Assembly: GCA_028826165.1 (NCBI GenBank)
Contig: JAPDFW010000057.1
Location: forward strand, 310,001-374,000
From: Anaeramoeba ignava BMAN
Taxonomy: Eukaryota > Protista > Anaeramoebae
Direction: 5' to 3'
Length of the DNA stretch: 64,000 nt
Under the pieces are notes generated by a model that made no database searches, had not been told where the DNA came from, and was given only the letters and a program-made list of their open reading frames with translations. The position numbers and the translations under genes are program-made. Positions 1 through 13,880 of the stretch are shown here, in pieces (within the stretch, counting starts at the first letter, position 1; every line of letters starts with the position of its first letter).

Positions 1-221
1 TTTTTGGCAATTCAGAACAAAAAAATTGATGTTATAAAATTATTAATTCGATATCACGCAAAACTTCCACTTTCAAATGTTTGTCTTTTTTTTTTTTTAA
101 TAAATCAAATAACAAATCTTTTCATTTTTTTTTTTTTGATTAAAAATTTTAGGAAACAATTTTGGATGAATTTTTAAAAGATTCTCAAATAGCAAATCTT
201 TTATCTGATCTTGAAAAATGA
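1..221 (+). CDS. 3' end of an ankyrin-repeat-like protein (exons <1-78, 153-221)
   Basis: Frame 1 reads FLAIQNKKIDVIKLLIRYHAKLPLSN (ankyrin-like), then a GT-AG intron at 79-152, then ETILDEFLKDSQIANLLSDLEK-TGA. Confidence 0.6.
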
Positions 222-408
222 AAAATGAAAAATGAAAATTAATTTTGATTTTAATTTTAATTTTGATTTTAATTTTAATTTTAATTTTAATTTTAATTTT
301 GATTTTGATTTTGATTATTAAATTTGTTAATTAATAAATCAAATAAATTTGGATTTGTTTTATTTTGATTTTAATTTTTAATTTTTAATTTTAATTTTAA
401 TTTTAATT

Positions 409-2195
409 TTAATTTTGATTATTAAATTTGTTAATTAATAAATCAAATAAATTTGGATATGTTTGATTTAATTGAAAATAATCAATTCCAATTTCAATTT
501 CTTCAATTATTTCTTGTGTAATTTGAATTTCATTTTTAATTTGATTTGAATAAATCCAATATTCAAATATTTGAAATGATTTATTACTTAGTTCACTATA
601 ATCTGTAACTTTATTTGATTTATCATTTGTTACAGATAAAAACATTCCTCGATATAATTCACTTCTCATTATTAATATTAATTTTGGAAATTTATATTTC
701 TTTTCTTTTCTTTCAATAATAAAATCTTTTTCATTTTCATTTTCATTTAAATAAATTTTTTTCATTGTTTCTTCAATTTTTTCATTGGAATTTATAATTT
801 CTTTAATTTCAGAATATAATTTTGGATTTATTATTCTGTTTGAATAAATCATTTCAAATATTTGATTTGATTCTTTAATTGATTTTTTTGAAATAATTTC
901 TTTAAGTTTTTCATTTTGATTTTGATTTTGATTTAATCTATATTTTAATATTAATTTATGAGCTTGATATTATTTCTCCATTTTCGGTTTTAAATGAAAT
1001 ATCACAAAATTCTTTTCTTCTGAAATAATTTTATCAAATCTTCTTCAAGATTGGAAAAAGAAGGAGGAGAATAATAAAGAAATGATTTGTTTTCTCCACA
1101 AGAAATATGATAATTGGAGATATCTTCATTAAATCTTAATTTAGGAAGTTCAATTTGAATTGGAATTTTTTGATTCCAATTTGTATTTCCAGTTCCTAAT
1201 TGACCATACCAATTACTTCCAAATCCTATTAATTTTGAATTAGAAGTTAAAATCAAAGTATGTTCATTTCCAACAGAAAAATCAATAATATTATCATCAT
1301 TTTCAAATAAAGATGATTTGATTTCAGTAAATTCATAAGTATATTCATTTTTGCCAAGTCCATTATATCGATAATCACCACATGAATAAATTTTTCTTTT
1401 TGGATTTTCATTTTCATTTTCATTTTCATTTTCATTTTCATTTTCAATCAACATTATTGAACAAGAGCTTCCACATTGAACATCAATTATTTTGCCTTTT
1501 GGAATATTTTGGATTTTGGTTAATTTTTGGATTTCTGTTTCTTCTTTTCTTGTTTTTCCTAATCCAATTTTACCATATCCATTATTCCCGCATCCAAATA
1601 ATTCTTGATTTGGATTTAAAAGAAAAACATGATTTGAATCAGTTCCTGAAAATATTTTAGAAACATTTTTCATCATTAAAATTGGTTTTTCTGTTTTTTT
1701 AAGTGTTTTAGAATCTAAACCAAGTTGGCCATATTGATTTGAACCAATTCCATAAGCATTTTGATTTGAAGTTAATAAGTAAATTGAATTGTATCCTGAA
1801 ACAATATCTTCAATTATTCTATCATTTGTATCTTCAATTAATGATGAAATATTGATAAATTCATTTGAATTATTTGAATTAATATCTCTTCCTTTGGCAA
1901 ATACATTTCCTTCTTTTGTTAAAATAGCTTCATTTTCAAAACCAATAGTTACTTTTTGAATATTTTTAATTTGGATTTTTTCAGGTTTTTGATTTGACCA
2001 TCTTAAATATTCTATTGCTTTTCCATTTTTAAAAAGGAAAATTGTTGAAAAAAAACTTGATGAAATTTGTTTAATTTGTTTTTCATTTTCATTTTCATTT
2101 TCAAATTTAAATTGATTTGGTTTTGTTATTTCATTTGGTTCATTTTTGAAAAGTTTTGGATTTTGATTTTGACCAAAAAATAAACAATCATTCAT
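409..2195 (-). pseudogene. RCC1-repeat + BTB protein, frameshifted (pseudogene or consensus error)
   Basis: ORFs 1002-2195 (RCC1 repeats GSNQYGQLG, SVGNEHTL) and 409-852 (BTB-like) are collinear with the intact paralog 59813-61594; two +1 indels near 1020 and 968. Confidence 0.75.
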
Positions 2196-2356
2196 TTTTG
2201 AAAAGAAAAAAATGAAATTATTAATTATTATGAAAAATTATTTATTAAAGAAAAAAAACAAACAATTTTTTTTTCATTTTTTTTCATTTTTCTTTTTCTA
2301 TTTCAATTTTTGATTTTTTTTTCTTTTCCAAAAAAAAAATTTGTTAACGATCTTTG

Positions 2357-5300
2357 ATGTCAAAAAGAGGAGTTTTAAGTAAAAAAGCACATGAAATTAC
2401 AGAAAATGTCAACCAAAAACCAGAACTCGCTTATTCAAAAGAAACTGAAGAAAAAGTATTTTTGAATTAATATTAAAATTAAAATTAAAATTAAAATTAA
2501 TATAAAATTAATATAAAATTAATATAAAATCAAAATTAAAATTAATATAAAATTAAAATTAAAATTAATATTAAAATTAATATTAAAATTAAAATTAATA
2601 TTAAAATTAAAATTAAAATTAAAATTAAAATCAAAATTAAAATTAAAATTAAAATTAAAAATAAAATTCATTTATAAAATTAAAATTAAAATTAAAATTA
2701 AAATTAAAATTAATATTAAAATTAAAATTAATATAATTAAAATTAAAATTAAAATTAAAAATAAAGAAAATTAAAATCAAAATCAAAATTAAAATTAAAA
2801 TTAAAATTAAAATTAAAATTAAAATTAAAATTAAAATTAAAATTAAAATTGAAAATAAATTAAAATCAAAATTAAAAATAAAATTAAAAATAAAATTAAA
2901 AATTTAATCCTTTTCACAAAAAGGTTATGGTTTGTAAACAATATGTGAGACAAAAATATATTGAATTTTTACATTATTTATGGACAAGAAACGCACGTCT
3001 TGATGAATTAAAAAAACAAATGGATGAAGATAAATTATCACCAAAACAAAGGAAAAAGAAGTTAGAAAAATATTATCTAACTGAAACAAATTATCTCAGA
3101 CAAAGAAGAAAACGTTTATTTGTTGAAGATTTTCAAATTATTGCAAAAATTGGTCAAGGCGGTTATGCTGATGTTTTTCTTTGTAGAAAAAAGGATACAA
3201 AAGAACTTTTGGCTCTTAAAAGAATGAAAAAAGAATTAATTTATCAAACAAATCAAGTAATTTTTTCAATTTCAAATTCAATTTCAATTTCATTTTCAAA
3301 TTCAATTTCAATTTCATTTTCAAATTCAATTTCAATTTCATTTTCAAATTCAATTTCAATTTCAAATTCAAATTCAAATTCAATTTCAATTTCAATTTTA
3401 ATTTCAATTTCAATTTTAATTTCAAATTCAATTTCAAAATCAATTTCTAAATCAATTTCTAAATCAATTTCTAAATCAATTTCTAAATCAATTTCTAAAT
3501 CAATTTCAAATTCAATTTCAATTTCAAACTCAATTCCAAATTCAATTTCAAATTTAATTTCAATTTCAATTTCAATTTCAATTTCAATTTCAATTTCAAT
3601 TTCAATTTTTTAATTTTAATTTTAATTTCAATTTCAAATTCAAATTCAATTTCAATTTCTAAATTAATTTCAATTTCAAATTCAATTTCAATTTCTAAAT
3701 TAATTTCAATTTCAAATTCAAATTCAATTTCAAATTCAAATTTAATTTCAATTTCAATTTCAATATCAATTTCAAATTTCAATTTCAATTTCTATTTCAA
3801 TTTCAATTTCAATTTCAATTTCAATTTCAATTTCAAATTCAAATTCAATTTCAATTTCAATTTCAATTTCAATTTCAATTTAATTTCAAAAATGATTAAA
3901 ATTTTGAATTTATTAAATTTTGAAAATTTCAATTTCAATTTCAACTCAATTTCAATTTCAATTTCAATTTCAAATATTCTTTTCAAATTCTGAATTTCAA
4001 TTTTAAATCAATTTTAATTTTAATTTCAAGGAGAGTGAATTTCAAAAACTTTCAATTTCAAAATCAATTTCTAAAAAATTTTAGAAGAAGATAATTCAAT
4101 TTCTAAATTAATTTCAATTTCAATTTTATTTCAATTTCAATTTTTACATAAATTTCAATTTCAATTTCAATTTAAAAATTAAAAATTCAATTTTCAATTT
4201 CTAAATCATTTCTAAAAATTTAAAAATCAATTTCAAATTAAATTAAAATTAAAATTTAAATTTCAAAATCAAATAAAAATTAAATTAAAAATAAAATTCA
4301 AATTAATTTTAAAATTTCAAAATTTAAAAATTCAAAAATTAAAATTTAAAATCAATTTCTAAATCAATTTTAAATCAATTTCTAAATCAATTTCAATTTC
4401 AATTAAAATCAAAATGATAAAAGGTTGAACATATTAAAAATTAAAATTAATGTTCTTGCTTTATAGTTCAGATTGGCTTGAAAAACTCAAATATTCTTTT
4501 CAAGAATTGAATATCTTTATCTTGCAATGGATTATTTAAGAGGAGGTGATTTAAAAACTTTACTTTTAAATGTGAAAATTTTAGAAGAAGATACTGCTAA
4601 ATTTTATGCAGCTGAAATGCTTTTATGTATTGAAGCTTTACATAAACTTGGTTTTATTCACAGGTTAAAAAATAAAAATTCATTTATAAAATTCAAATTC
4701 ATTTATAAAATTAAAATTCATTTATAAAATTAAAATTAAAATTCATTTTAAAATTAAAATTCATTTATAAAATTAAAATCAAAATTAAAATTAAAATTAA
4801 AATTAAAATTAAAATTAAAATTAAAATTAAAATTAAAATTAAAATTAAAATTAAAAATTAAAATTAAAAATTAAAATTAAAATTAAAATTAAAAAATTAA
4901 AATTAAAAATTAGAATCAAAATTAAAATTAAATACAAAATTAAAATTAAAATTAAAATTAAAATTAAAATTAAAATTCAAATTAAAATCAAATTAAAATT
5001 AAAATTAAAATTAAAATTAAAATTAAATTAAAATTATAATTCAAATTAAAATTAAATTCAAATTATAATTCAAATCAAAATTAAAATTAAAATTAAAATT
5101 AAAATTAAAATTAAAATTAAAATTAATTTAAAAATCAAAATTAAAATTAAAATTCATTTATAAAATTAAAATTAAAATTAAAATTAAAATTTATTTATAA
5201 AATTAAAATTAAAATTGAAAAAAAAAACAGAGATTTAAAACCAGAAAACTTTCTAATAGATGAAAACGGACACATCAAACTAACAGATTTCGGATTATCC

Positions 5301-6017
5301 AAAAACGTTGCATTAAAACAACAATGGAGAGATACAATAAAAAACATGAAAGGAAAACATGGAAACATGTTTGTGAACTCTGGACAAAAACGAAACCACC
5401 AGACATTAAGGAAGCTTCAGCAACAAAAACGGTCATATTCAATCGTTGGTTCACCAGATTACATATCACCAGAAATATTAGAACAAAAGGGGTATGTAGG
5501 AACAGTAGATTTTTGGAGCTTGGGATGCATTTTGTACGAGATGCTTGCAGGATTTCCACCATTTTCAGGAGAGAACGACGACGAAACACTCGCAAATGTG
5601 TTGAATTTTCAATACACACTTGAATATCCACAATACGACGAAGGCGAGGAGGTTATGACTGATGAAGCGTGGGATTTAATTAAAAAATTACTTTGTGCTC
5701 CTGAAGAAAGACTTGGTCGTGGTTCAATTGATGAGATTAAAAACCACTCCTTCTTCAAGGAAATTGAATGGGACAAACTCCGTGAATCAACTCCTCCTTT
5801 TGTTCCCCAAGTCGAAGATGATGCTGATATCGTTTATTTTGATACTTCTTATTTTGAAGATTCTTCTATTGAAGTTCATACTCCTAAAAATGATCCTAAA
5901 TCTTTTGTTTTACAATCTCCTAAAAATGAATTCTCTGGTTTCACTTTTAAAAAACTTTCTGGAACGGATAAAGGAATTCAAGAAATGTTCCAAATTACAA
6001 ACCAAAAATTTAATTGA
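2357..6017 (+). CDS. NDR/LATS-like AGC serine/threonine kinase (exons 2357-2455, 2924-3256, 4424-4663, 5231-6017)
   Basis: Motifs ETNYLRQRR, IGQGGYADV, ALKRMKK, IHR/DLKPEN split by an intron, DFG, SIVGSPDYISPE, C-terminal FSGFTF. The 5' part of exon 3 (about 4440-4525) has broken frames. Confidence 0.9.
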
Positions 6018-6308
6018 AAAATTTTTAAATTGAATCTTGAAAAAGCAAATTTTCTATTTTTTTCTTTTAAAAAAAAATCCAAATTCTATTCTTTTTTTGA
6101 AATTACCACAAAAAAAATAAAAAATAAAAAACAAAAAACAATTAAAAATAATTGAATTGAATTTAATTTAATTTAATTTCAAAAAAAAAATATTATATTT
6201 CTCTTTTTTTTATGAACATTTTAAGAAAGAAAAAAAGAATTAATTTGAAAGAAAAAAAAAACGGAAAAAAAAAAGTGGAATTTTTGTTTTTGTTTTTTTG
6301 AATTAATT

Positions 6309-8580
6309 TTAATTGCAACATCCTCCTTTTCTTTGATTTTTAATTCTTTGTGGAGGATCTACAAGATGAAATCCTTCTGAACGTGGTTCTGGAACTTGTG
6401 TTTTAACAATATGTTTTGCTAATGTTGTCATTGCATTTGCTAAAAAATTTTAATTTTAATTTTAATTTTCAAAAAGAATTTTAATTTTTAAAAAAGAATT
6501 TTTACAAATATTTAAGTTTTCTTTTGCTGATGTTTTAAACCAAGCAAAGAATTCATTTGTAGTTGAAAATTCTTCAATTTCTTGATCTGGTATTGCTTGA
6601 GTTTTTAAATCACACTTTTTAAATTTTGTATTTAAATTTAATTTTGATTTAATTTATAATTTAATTTATAATTTAATTTATAATTTTATTTTGTATTTAT
6701 TTTTAAATTTAATTTATAATTTAATTTATAATTTAATTTATAATTTAATTTTGTATTTAATTTATAATTTAATTTATAATTTAATTTATAATTTAATATA
6801 TAATTTAATATATAATTTTATTTTTGGATTTAATTTATAATTTTATTTATGATTTAATTTATAATTTAATTTATAATTTTATTTATAATTTTATTTATAA
6901 TTTTATTTATAATTTATTTTATAATTTTATTTATAATTTAATTTATAATTTTATTTATAATTTTATTTATAATTTTATTTATAATTTAATTTATAATTTA
7001 ATTTTTGAATTTAATTTATAATTTAATTTATAATTTTAATTTATAATTTTATTTATAATTTAATTTATATTTTTATTTATTATTTAATTTTATGAATTTA
7101 ATTTATAATTTAATTTATAATTTAATTTATAATTTTATTTATAATTTAATTTTAATTTTTATAATTTAATTTATAATTTAATTTATAATTTAATTTATAA
7201 TTTAATTTATAATTTAATTTATAATTTAATTTTAATTTTAATTTAATTTATAATTTAATTTATAATTTAATTTATAATTTTATTTATAATTTAATTTATA
7301 ATTTTATTTATAATTTAATTTTGATTTAATTTTGTATTTAATTTTATATTTAATTTTGAATTTTATTTATAATTTTATTTATAATTTAATTTATAATTTA
7401 ATTTTGAATTTAATTTATAATTTAATTTATAATTTAATTTATAATTTAATTTATAATTTAATTTTGAATTTAATTTATAATTTAATTTTGAATTTATTTT
7501 TGAATTTAATTTTTGGATTACTTTATTTGCAAGAAGCATAATAGGAACAGGAACTCCATTTGATAAAGCAACTTTTTCTACAACATCATCTCTCCACTTT
7601 ATAAATTAAAAAATATTAAAATTTGTTTTGAAATAAATATTTTTGTTTTTTTAAATTACTTTTTTTGCTTCTTCGAATGTATTTTTTCTTGTTATATCAA
7701 AAACAACAATTGCTGCTGATGATTTTTTGTAATATAATGTTTTCATTAAACCATATCTAAAATCGGATATTTTTTTATAAATTATTTTAAATTTTAATTT
7801 TAATTTTATAAATGAATTTTAATTTTCATTTTAATTTTCATTTATAATTTGATTTTAATTTTAATTTTAATTTTAATTTTAATTTTAATTTTATAAATGA
7901 ATTTTAGTTTTAGTTTTAATTTTAATTTTGATTTTGATTTAATTTTAATTTTAATTTTAATTTTAATTTTAATTTTAATTTTAATTTTAATTTTGTAAAT
8001 GAATTTTAATTTGAATTTGAATTTGAATTTTATAAATGAATTTTAATTTTAATTTTAATTTTAATTTTAATTTTGATTTTGATTTTGATTTTGATTTTAA
8101 TTTTATAAATGAATTTTAATTTTAATTTTAATTTTAATTTTAATTTTATAAATGAATTTTAAAATTAGTTTTAGTTTTATATTTGGAAATTACCTTTCTT
8201 GTCCTGCAATATCCCATAATTGAAGATGAACCTGTTGGTCATCAACTTCAACAGAAACTTCAACAAAATCAACTCCAATTGTCTTAATTATTTTTATTAT
8301 TTTTTTTAAAAAAAAAAAAAGAAAAAAAGAAATAAGAAAAAATTTAAAAGAAATAAATAAAGAAATGAATAAAGAAAATACTGCTTTGTAATTATTTGAA
8401 AAAGGAGAACCAGTATATCTTTTAATTATACTAGTTTTTCCACATCCACTTGAACCAATAACAATAATCTATTTAATTGAAAATTTTTTATAATTTTTTA
8501 TTATTATTTAATTTAAAAAAATAAAACGTTTTTTTATTTATTGTTTTTTTGTTTACTTTATGATAAAGCATATCAGTCAT
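6309..8580 (-). CDS. Rab GTPase, Rab32/38-like (7 exons, absent from the ORF track)
   Basis: Manual splicing gives MTDMLYHK-IIVIGSSGCGKTS...TIGVDF...LQLWDIAGQER...LLANK-CD...KTSAK...KGGCCN*. WDIAGQE is typical of Rab32/38/29; CC prenylation end; all introns GT-AG. Confidence 0.9.
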
Positions 8581-8762
8581 TTTTAAATTTAATAAGAAAA
8601 AAAAAAAGAAGAAAAAAAAAACAAATTAAGAAGAATAATAGGAATAAATGAAGAAAAAATGAAATTTTTAATTTTTAAAAAAAATTTTTTTCATTTTTTT
8701 TTTCATTTTTTTTTTTCATTCAATCAAATTAAATCAAATTTTTTTAAAAAACAAACATAAAA

Positions 8763-9056
8763 ATGGAACAAACAAATGAACCTCAACAAGAAGATTTAAG
8801 TTCTAAAGCAATGAAATATGCCAAAAAAGAATTTGTTGTTTATAAAATGAAAGTACCAGCATTTTATCTAATAATTGCATTAATTCTTGCAACTTTAATT
8901 TTTGGTTTTAAAGGATTTCTTTTTACAGTTGCTTTTATTGGTATTGGAATTTGGCTTATAAAACCAAAAGAAACTGAAGTTCTTCCAACAACAGAAAATC
9001 AAACACAAGAACATGAACCTTTATTTTCAAGTCATTCTGAGAAAGATGATAATTAA
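8763..9056 (+). CDS. Small membrane protein with hydrophobic hairpin (possibly FAM241/DUF4605-like)
   Basis: 97-aa ORF with two adjacent hydrophobic segments and an upstream TTTCATTT motif. Confidence 0.6.
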   Translation: MEQTNEPQQEDLSSKAMKYAKKEFVVYKMKVPAFYLIIALILATLIFGFKGFLFTVAFIGIGIWLIKPKETEVLPTTENQTQEHEPLFSSHSEKDDN

Positions 9057-9109
9057 AAGTTTTTTTTTTTATTAAAAAATTTTTTTTTACTTTTCTTTCT
9101 TTTTTTTTA

Positions 9110-9240
9110 ATAAAACAAAACAAAACAAAACAAAAACAAAACAAAATAAAACAACAAAACAAAACAAAATAAAACAACAAAACAAAAAAAAACAAAACAA
9201 CAAAACAAAACAAAAACAAAACAAAACAAAACAAAATAAA
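9110..9240. repeat. (AAAAC)n microsatellite
   Basis: Visible pentamer run. Confidence 0.85.
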
Positions 9241-9299
9241 TAAAACGTTTTATTTTTTGATTAATTTTGTTTTATTAATTTTTTGATGAAAATTTCTAA

Positions 9300-10340
9300 T
9301 TAGAATTTGATTTAATTTTGATTTAATTTTGATTTAAATTTAATTTAATTTTTGATTTAAATTTGATTTAATTTTGATTTAAATTTAATTTAATTTTTGA
9401 TTTAAATTTGATTTTAATTTGATTTAATTTTGGTTTAAATTTGATTTAAATTTAATTTAATTTTGATTTAATTTTGATTTAAATTTGATTTAATTTTGAT
9501 TTAATTTTGATTTAAATTTGATTTTAATTTGATTTAATTTTGGTTTAAATTTGATTTAATTTTAATTTTGATTTAAATTTGATTTAAATTTGATTTAATT
9601 TTAATTTTGATTTAAATTTAATTTAATTTTGATTTAATTTAATTTTGATTTAAATTTTATTTAATTTTTTAATTTGAAATTTTAATTTTTCTTTTTTAAT
9701 TCCAAACCAAGAAAATTTTCCATTTATTTTGAATTTGATTTTAATTTGATTTACCAATTTTGATTTGAAATTTGATTTTAATTTGATTTAAATTTTTAAA
9801 GGGTTAACAAAAATTTGATTTAAATTTTGATTTAAATTTGATTTAAATTTGATTTAAATTTGATTTTAAATATAAATTCACAAAAATTTGATTTAATTTG
9901 ACCCGCAAAATTTTGATTTATATTTGATTTAAATTTTGATTAAAATTTGATTTAAAATTGATTTAAATTTGATTTAAATTTGATTTAAAATTGATTTAAA
10001 TTTGATTTAATTTTGATTTAAATTTTATTTAATTTTAATTTAATTTTAATTTAAATTTAATTTAAATTTGATTTAATTTTGATTTAAATTTGATTTAATT
10101 TTGATTTAAATTTGATTTAAATTTAATTTAAATTTGATTTAATTTTGATTTAAATTTGATTTAATTTTGATTTAATTTTGATTTAAATTTGATTTAAATT
10201 TGATTAAAATTTGATTTAAATTTGATTTAAATTTAATTTAATTAAATTTGATTTAATTTAATTTTAATTTAAATTTGATTGAATTTTGATTTTAATTAAA
10301 TTTAATTTTGGTTTAAATTTGATTTGATTTGAAATGAATT
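9300..10340. repeat. Degenerate (TTTGATTTAAA/TTTGATTTAAT)n satellite downstream of PRMT5
   Basis: About 11-bp period repeat visible throughout. Confidence 0.85.
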
Positions 10341-10364
10341 GAAAGATTTCTTCTTTTTGAGAAA

Positions 10365-13119
10365 TCACATTCCAAACCAAGAAAATTTTCCATTTGGATT
10401 ATGAATTTGAGTTTGAGAAGGAGAAATAACAGCCCATTCATACCAAACATGAGATTGACGTGAAGTTCTCCAGATATTAAGAACTAAAGGGTTATTTTGG
10501 TCAACAAAAACGGGAGTTTTAATAGGGAAAAATATAGGGAACCAAGAAAAAAGACCAGGAGTTCTTGAATCAGGATTTGTAGAAATATAAATATCACCAA
10601 AAAGTTTAGCATCAAAATAACCGCAAAATCCATGAATTATTTCGCTTTCAAGAAATTGATATTGAATCACTATATTTCTCCAGTTGTGTGAGTTGTTTTT
10701 TTGGATTTTTTCTGGTGGTAATGGATGTGTGAATTTGAAACACGGTTGTAAATCTGCTACTTGATTGAATCGTGATGTTTTTACTATGTATTGTGTTTCG
10801 AATGATGAATCTTTATCATATGATTTTAATTCTCCAAAGAAATTTACTGCTGTGCATGGTGCAATATATGATGTATATTCACTTGGAATACTAATTCCAT
10901 CTTCTCTTAAAAATCTTTGAGCTCCATCAAGACTTTTTATATTTAATTTTATAAATAATTTTATTAATAATTTTATATTTAATTTTATATTTAATTTTAT
11001 AAATAATTTTATTAATAATTTTATATTTAATTTTATATTTAATTTTATATTTAATTTTATATTTAAATTTATAAATAATTTTATAAATAATTTTATAAAT
11101 AATTTTATAAATAATTTTATAAATAATTTTATAAATAATTTAATAAATAATTTTATAAATAATTTTATAAATAATTTTATATTTAAATTGTTTTAAATCT
11201 TATATTTAAATTGTTTTAAATTTTATATTTAGTTTTAAATCTTATATTTAAATTGTTTTAAATTTTATAAATAATTTTATAAATAATTTTATATTTAGTT
11301 TTTAAATCTTATATTTAAATTGTTTTAAATTTTATAATTAAATTGTTTTAAAGTTTATATTTAGTTTTAAATCTTATATTTAGTTTTAAATCTTATATTT
11401 AGTTTTAAATCTTTATATTTAGTTTTAAATCTTATATTTAAATTGTTTTAAATTTTACCATTCAGGAGATAATTCATTATCACCAAAAGATCCAAGAAGT
11501 TCACTAACCAAAATATCAGCTTTTTCAGGAGCATTCCAAAATCTCATATCAGTTTCAACGATAGTAACTTTAGAATTTTGTTCCCAATTTCTTTTTTTCA
11601 AAGTAATAACAGCTTGAGGGTTTTTTTCAATTGCATAAAGTTTTGCTTTACAAGCAGCTCTAAAAGAAGCTCTAAGAGAAGCTTGAACAAGAGGTCCTCT
11701 TCCAGCTCCAACAACCATAATAACAAATTCTCGAGGATTATCTTCATTTTTGCTTTTCAAAAACTTTAACGCTTCATAAACTGCTTCTTCATATTGCAAA
11801 TATTTAGTCTCATCATCTTCAAATAATGAATATGTTTGATTGTCTAAGTTTTCCATTAAAGGTTGAAGTGGTAATTGAACATTGTCTTGAAAAGATTCTT
11901 CCATTTTCTCAACTTCGGATAATGGTGGTAAACAGGAATAAAGAGTTCGAAGAAAAGTTAGATAGGAATTATCAAAATATGAAGGAGGATCTGGAAGCGG
12001 TTTTTGTTTTTGATTTTGATTTTGATTTTGATTTTGATTTTTTTCATTTGAATTTTCATTTTTGTTTTTTTCATTTGAATTTTCATTTGAATTTTCATTT
12101 TCATCTAAATTTAATTTCTCTAAATTTGCTTTTGCCAAATTCTCCAAATTTTCTAATATAGTTTCTCCATTTTCACGAATAATCATCGTTGATTTTTTCC
12201 TCATGAATTGCTGAATTATCCCTTGAGTTCGAAGAGGCAAAGAAATTTCTTCATCAGAATTTTTAGCAAAAATACTTGTTGGCAAAATTAAATATTTCAC
12301 TGGTTCAAACATGAATTTTTGGATCAAATTCTGAGGAACTTTAGTATGAGTGAGTTCTAAAGCAATCACTAATTTAGTTGGATAACCACATAGCTGGCGA
12401 ATTTGATTCCATGCTTGATACTCGCGATATTCACTTATTTCAGTTTCTTTCATTGATGTTATTGGAATGTGAATTGCAATTTCTCCAGTGAAATCATTAA
12501 TTGCATGATTGATCATTTTGGAATAATTTGCATTCATGATTCGTTGATTTTCATCTGATTTAAAATATGGTTTTGGAATAAAAATACTTGTGATTCCTAA
12601 ATACTTTGCCCAGTGAATCTCAGTGTAGAATTTGTTTTCAATATCGATAAATTGATCTTGAATTTCAAGCATTTGATTTTGATTTCCAATAGATTTTTGA
12701 TTTTGATTTTGATTTTGATTTTGATTTTGATTTTGATTTTGATTTTGATTTTGATTTTGATTTTCATTTTGATTTTCTTTTAAATTTTCATTTTGATTTT
12801 CATTTGAATTTTCTTTTGAATTTTCTTTTGAATTTTCATTTGAATTTTCATTTGAATTTTCATTTGAATTTTCATTTGAATTTTCTTTTGAATTTTCTTT
12901 TGAATTTTCTTTTGAATCATCTGCAAATATTTCCGTTACTTTTCCCGAAACTAAATTTGTCCATTCTCTTGCCTTTAAATGCGTATTATTTTGGCTTAAA
13001 GGACCCTCAATTTCAAGAGGAACCAAAAGAAAATCAAATCCTTGTTTTTCTAAAAGTTCACTTATTTCTGAAAACAAGTCTGTGATTTTTATTGGTTCCA
13101 AACCATAGAAACAGGACAT
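10365..13119 (-). CDS. PRMT5: Protein arginine N-methyltransferase 5 (intron 10933-11458)
   Basis: [48 protein letters not shown] across the intron, HGFCGYF, GLFSWFPIFFP, VWYEW, IHNPNG. Confidence 0.96.
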
Positions 13120-13294
13120 AAGATATTAAAAAAAAAAGTAAAGAAGAAGAAAATAGAAAAATGAAAAAAAAATATTAAAAAAAAATTTTTTTTCTTTTTT
13201 TCATTTTTTCATTTTTTAATTTAAATTTTTAATTTAAATTTTTATTTTAATTTTAATTTCTTTTAAATTATTTTTTTTAAATCATTTTTATATA

Positions 13295-13782
13295 ATGAAA
13301 TCTTCTAAAAATGAAAATTTAACAATCAAAATTAAAGATCTTCAACCAAAACTTCGAAATATTACAAGTACTTTTATTGTTTTAGAAAAGAGAAAAACCT
13401 TCCAAACACAACATAGTCAAACATTATCAACCTTTCTTGTTGCAGATGAAACAGCAGCAATACAATTTACAATATGGGATTATGATTGTTCATATATTAA
13501 AGAAGGAGATATTTTATTTTTAACAGGAGGTTACACTTTTTTATATAAAGACCAACTTGTTTTATATACAAGTAAATATGGAAGTGTTTCAAGAATTGGT
13601 GAGTTTACAATGGTTTATGTTGAAAACAATATGAGTGAATATCGTTGGAATTCTGATCAAAATGGAAAATGGGTAAAAAAAATTTTTTTTAAAAAATTGT
13701 TTTCCTTTTTTTCAAAAATTAATTTGTTTATTTTCTTCTTTATTTTTATTAGGTTTCAACTCCTCCTAATCAAATAAATTAA
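13295..13782 (+). CDS. NABP: OB-fold ssDNA-binding protein, SOSS-B/NABP-like, copy 1 (intron 13673-13752)
   Basis: KIKDLQP...FIVLE...LVADETAAIQFTIWD...GDIL.LTGGY...IGEFTMVYVE matches the hSSB1/SOSS-B pattern. Confidence 0.88.
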
Positions 13783-13880
13783 TTATTAAAATATTTTTTT
13801 TTCAAATTATATGTTGTTTTTTTGATATTATATTATTTAGAAAAAGAAAAAAAAATAAAAAGAATTTGGAATAATATTTA

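Noticed and set aside
4424-4526. In-frame TAA codons in the kinase suggesting stop-codon reassignment
   Set aside because: Accompanied by frameshifts and a ghost copy; TAA, TAG and TGA all terminate other genes normally.
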